NCBI GenBank assembly: GCA_038078255.1
Contig: JBBUEH010000013.1
Location: forward strand, 1 to 41,561
Origin: Patescibacteria group bacterium
GTDB lineage: Bacteria; Patescibacteriota; Minisyncoccia; Phycocordibacterales; UBA9973
Direction: 5' to 3'
DNA: 41,561 nucleotides
This document shows, in pieces, positions 41,494-41,561 of this stretch. How positions within the stretch are numbered: the stretch's first letter is position 1; each line of letters starts with the position of its first letter. Under the pieces are notes generated by a model. The model did not search any database. It had not been told where the DNA came from and saw only the letters and a list, made by a program, of their open reading frames with translations. The translations under genes and the position numbers were made by a program.

Positions 41494-41561
41494 GCCCTCA
41501 TAGTTTAATGGATAGAATGCGAGCTTGCGGAGTTTGCGATGTTGGTTCGATTCCAACTGAG
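41494..41561 (+). tRNA. tRNA, 3' end truncated by the window edge; anticodon reads GCG (Arg) in my fold
   Basis: Acceptor gccctca, D arm gttt-aatggata-gaat, anticodon arm cgagc-ttGCGga-gtttg (2 G-U pairs), T arm gttgg-ttcgatt-ccaac, then tgag at the window end. Confidence 0.65.

Overview
This is an AT-rich bacterial chromosomal window (about 35-38% GC by eye). Its gene content looks like a reduced-genome Patescibacteria/CPR (Parcubacteria-like) organism; that assignment is inference, not a database result. Five things stand out.

(1) The replication-origin neighbourhood is present: jag-yidC-yidD-rnpA-rpmH on the minus strand, diverging from dnaA-dnaN. It carries perfect DnaA boxes and an AT-rich unwinding region with an 18-nt perfect direct repeat.

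(2) Positions 1221-14320 hold a tightly packed, co-directional, 13-ORF module resembling a Gram-positive type IV secretion system. It includes a VirB4 ATPase, an extra ORF resembling the VirB4 N-domain, a PrgI/VirB3-like protein, a VirB6/TrbL-like protein, and a pilin-like hairpin fused to an SLT/VirB1-like lytic transglycosylase. Several large secreted proteins of unknown family complete it. No relaxase, coupling protein or integrase is in the window.

(3) Ordinary housekeeping genes are present: uvrD fragment, rsmA, PBP1A, tyrS, ruvC, ruvB, ruvA, pilB-like ATPase, polA, holA-like, trmH, mutM, rpsT, thioredoxin-like, csp, rsuA-like, tRNA-Lys and a truncated tRNA.

(4) A small accessory island lies downstream of tRNA-Lys (about 30.9-35.1 kb). 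It has an HTH-fused PD-(D/E)xK nuclease convergent with a C5-cytosine methyltransferase, which is co-transcribed with a LexA/CI-type S24 repressor. It also has a small conserved-looking ORF and an unknown 169-aa gene bracketed by about 55-nt direct repeats.

(5) There are unusual sequence-level signals:
- Perfect or near-perfect hairpin palindromes of 31-46 nt sit in-frame inside conserved CDSs (jag, ruvC, polA and a T4SS-module gene).
- A multi-hairpin repeat of about 100 nt occurs once in-frame inside a CDS and once, inverted, in an intergenic region.
- Two convergent gene pairs share a palindromic terminator.
- A 66% GC islet of about 240 nt lies between ruvC and ruvB. It could be an unclassified structured RNA or a foreign mini-ORF.
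- A second candidate structured RNA lies upstream of ruvB.
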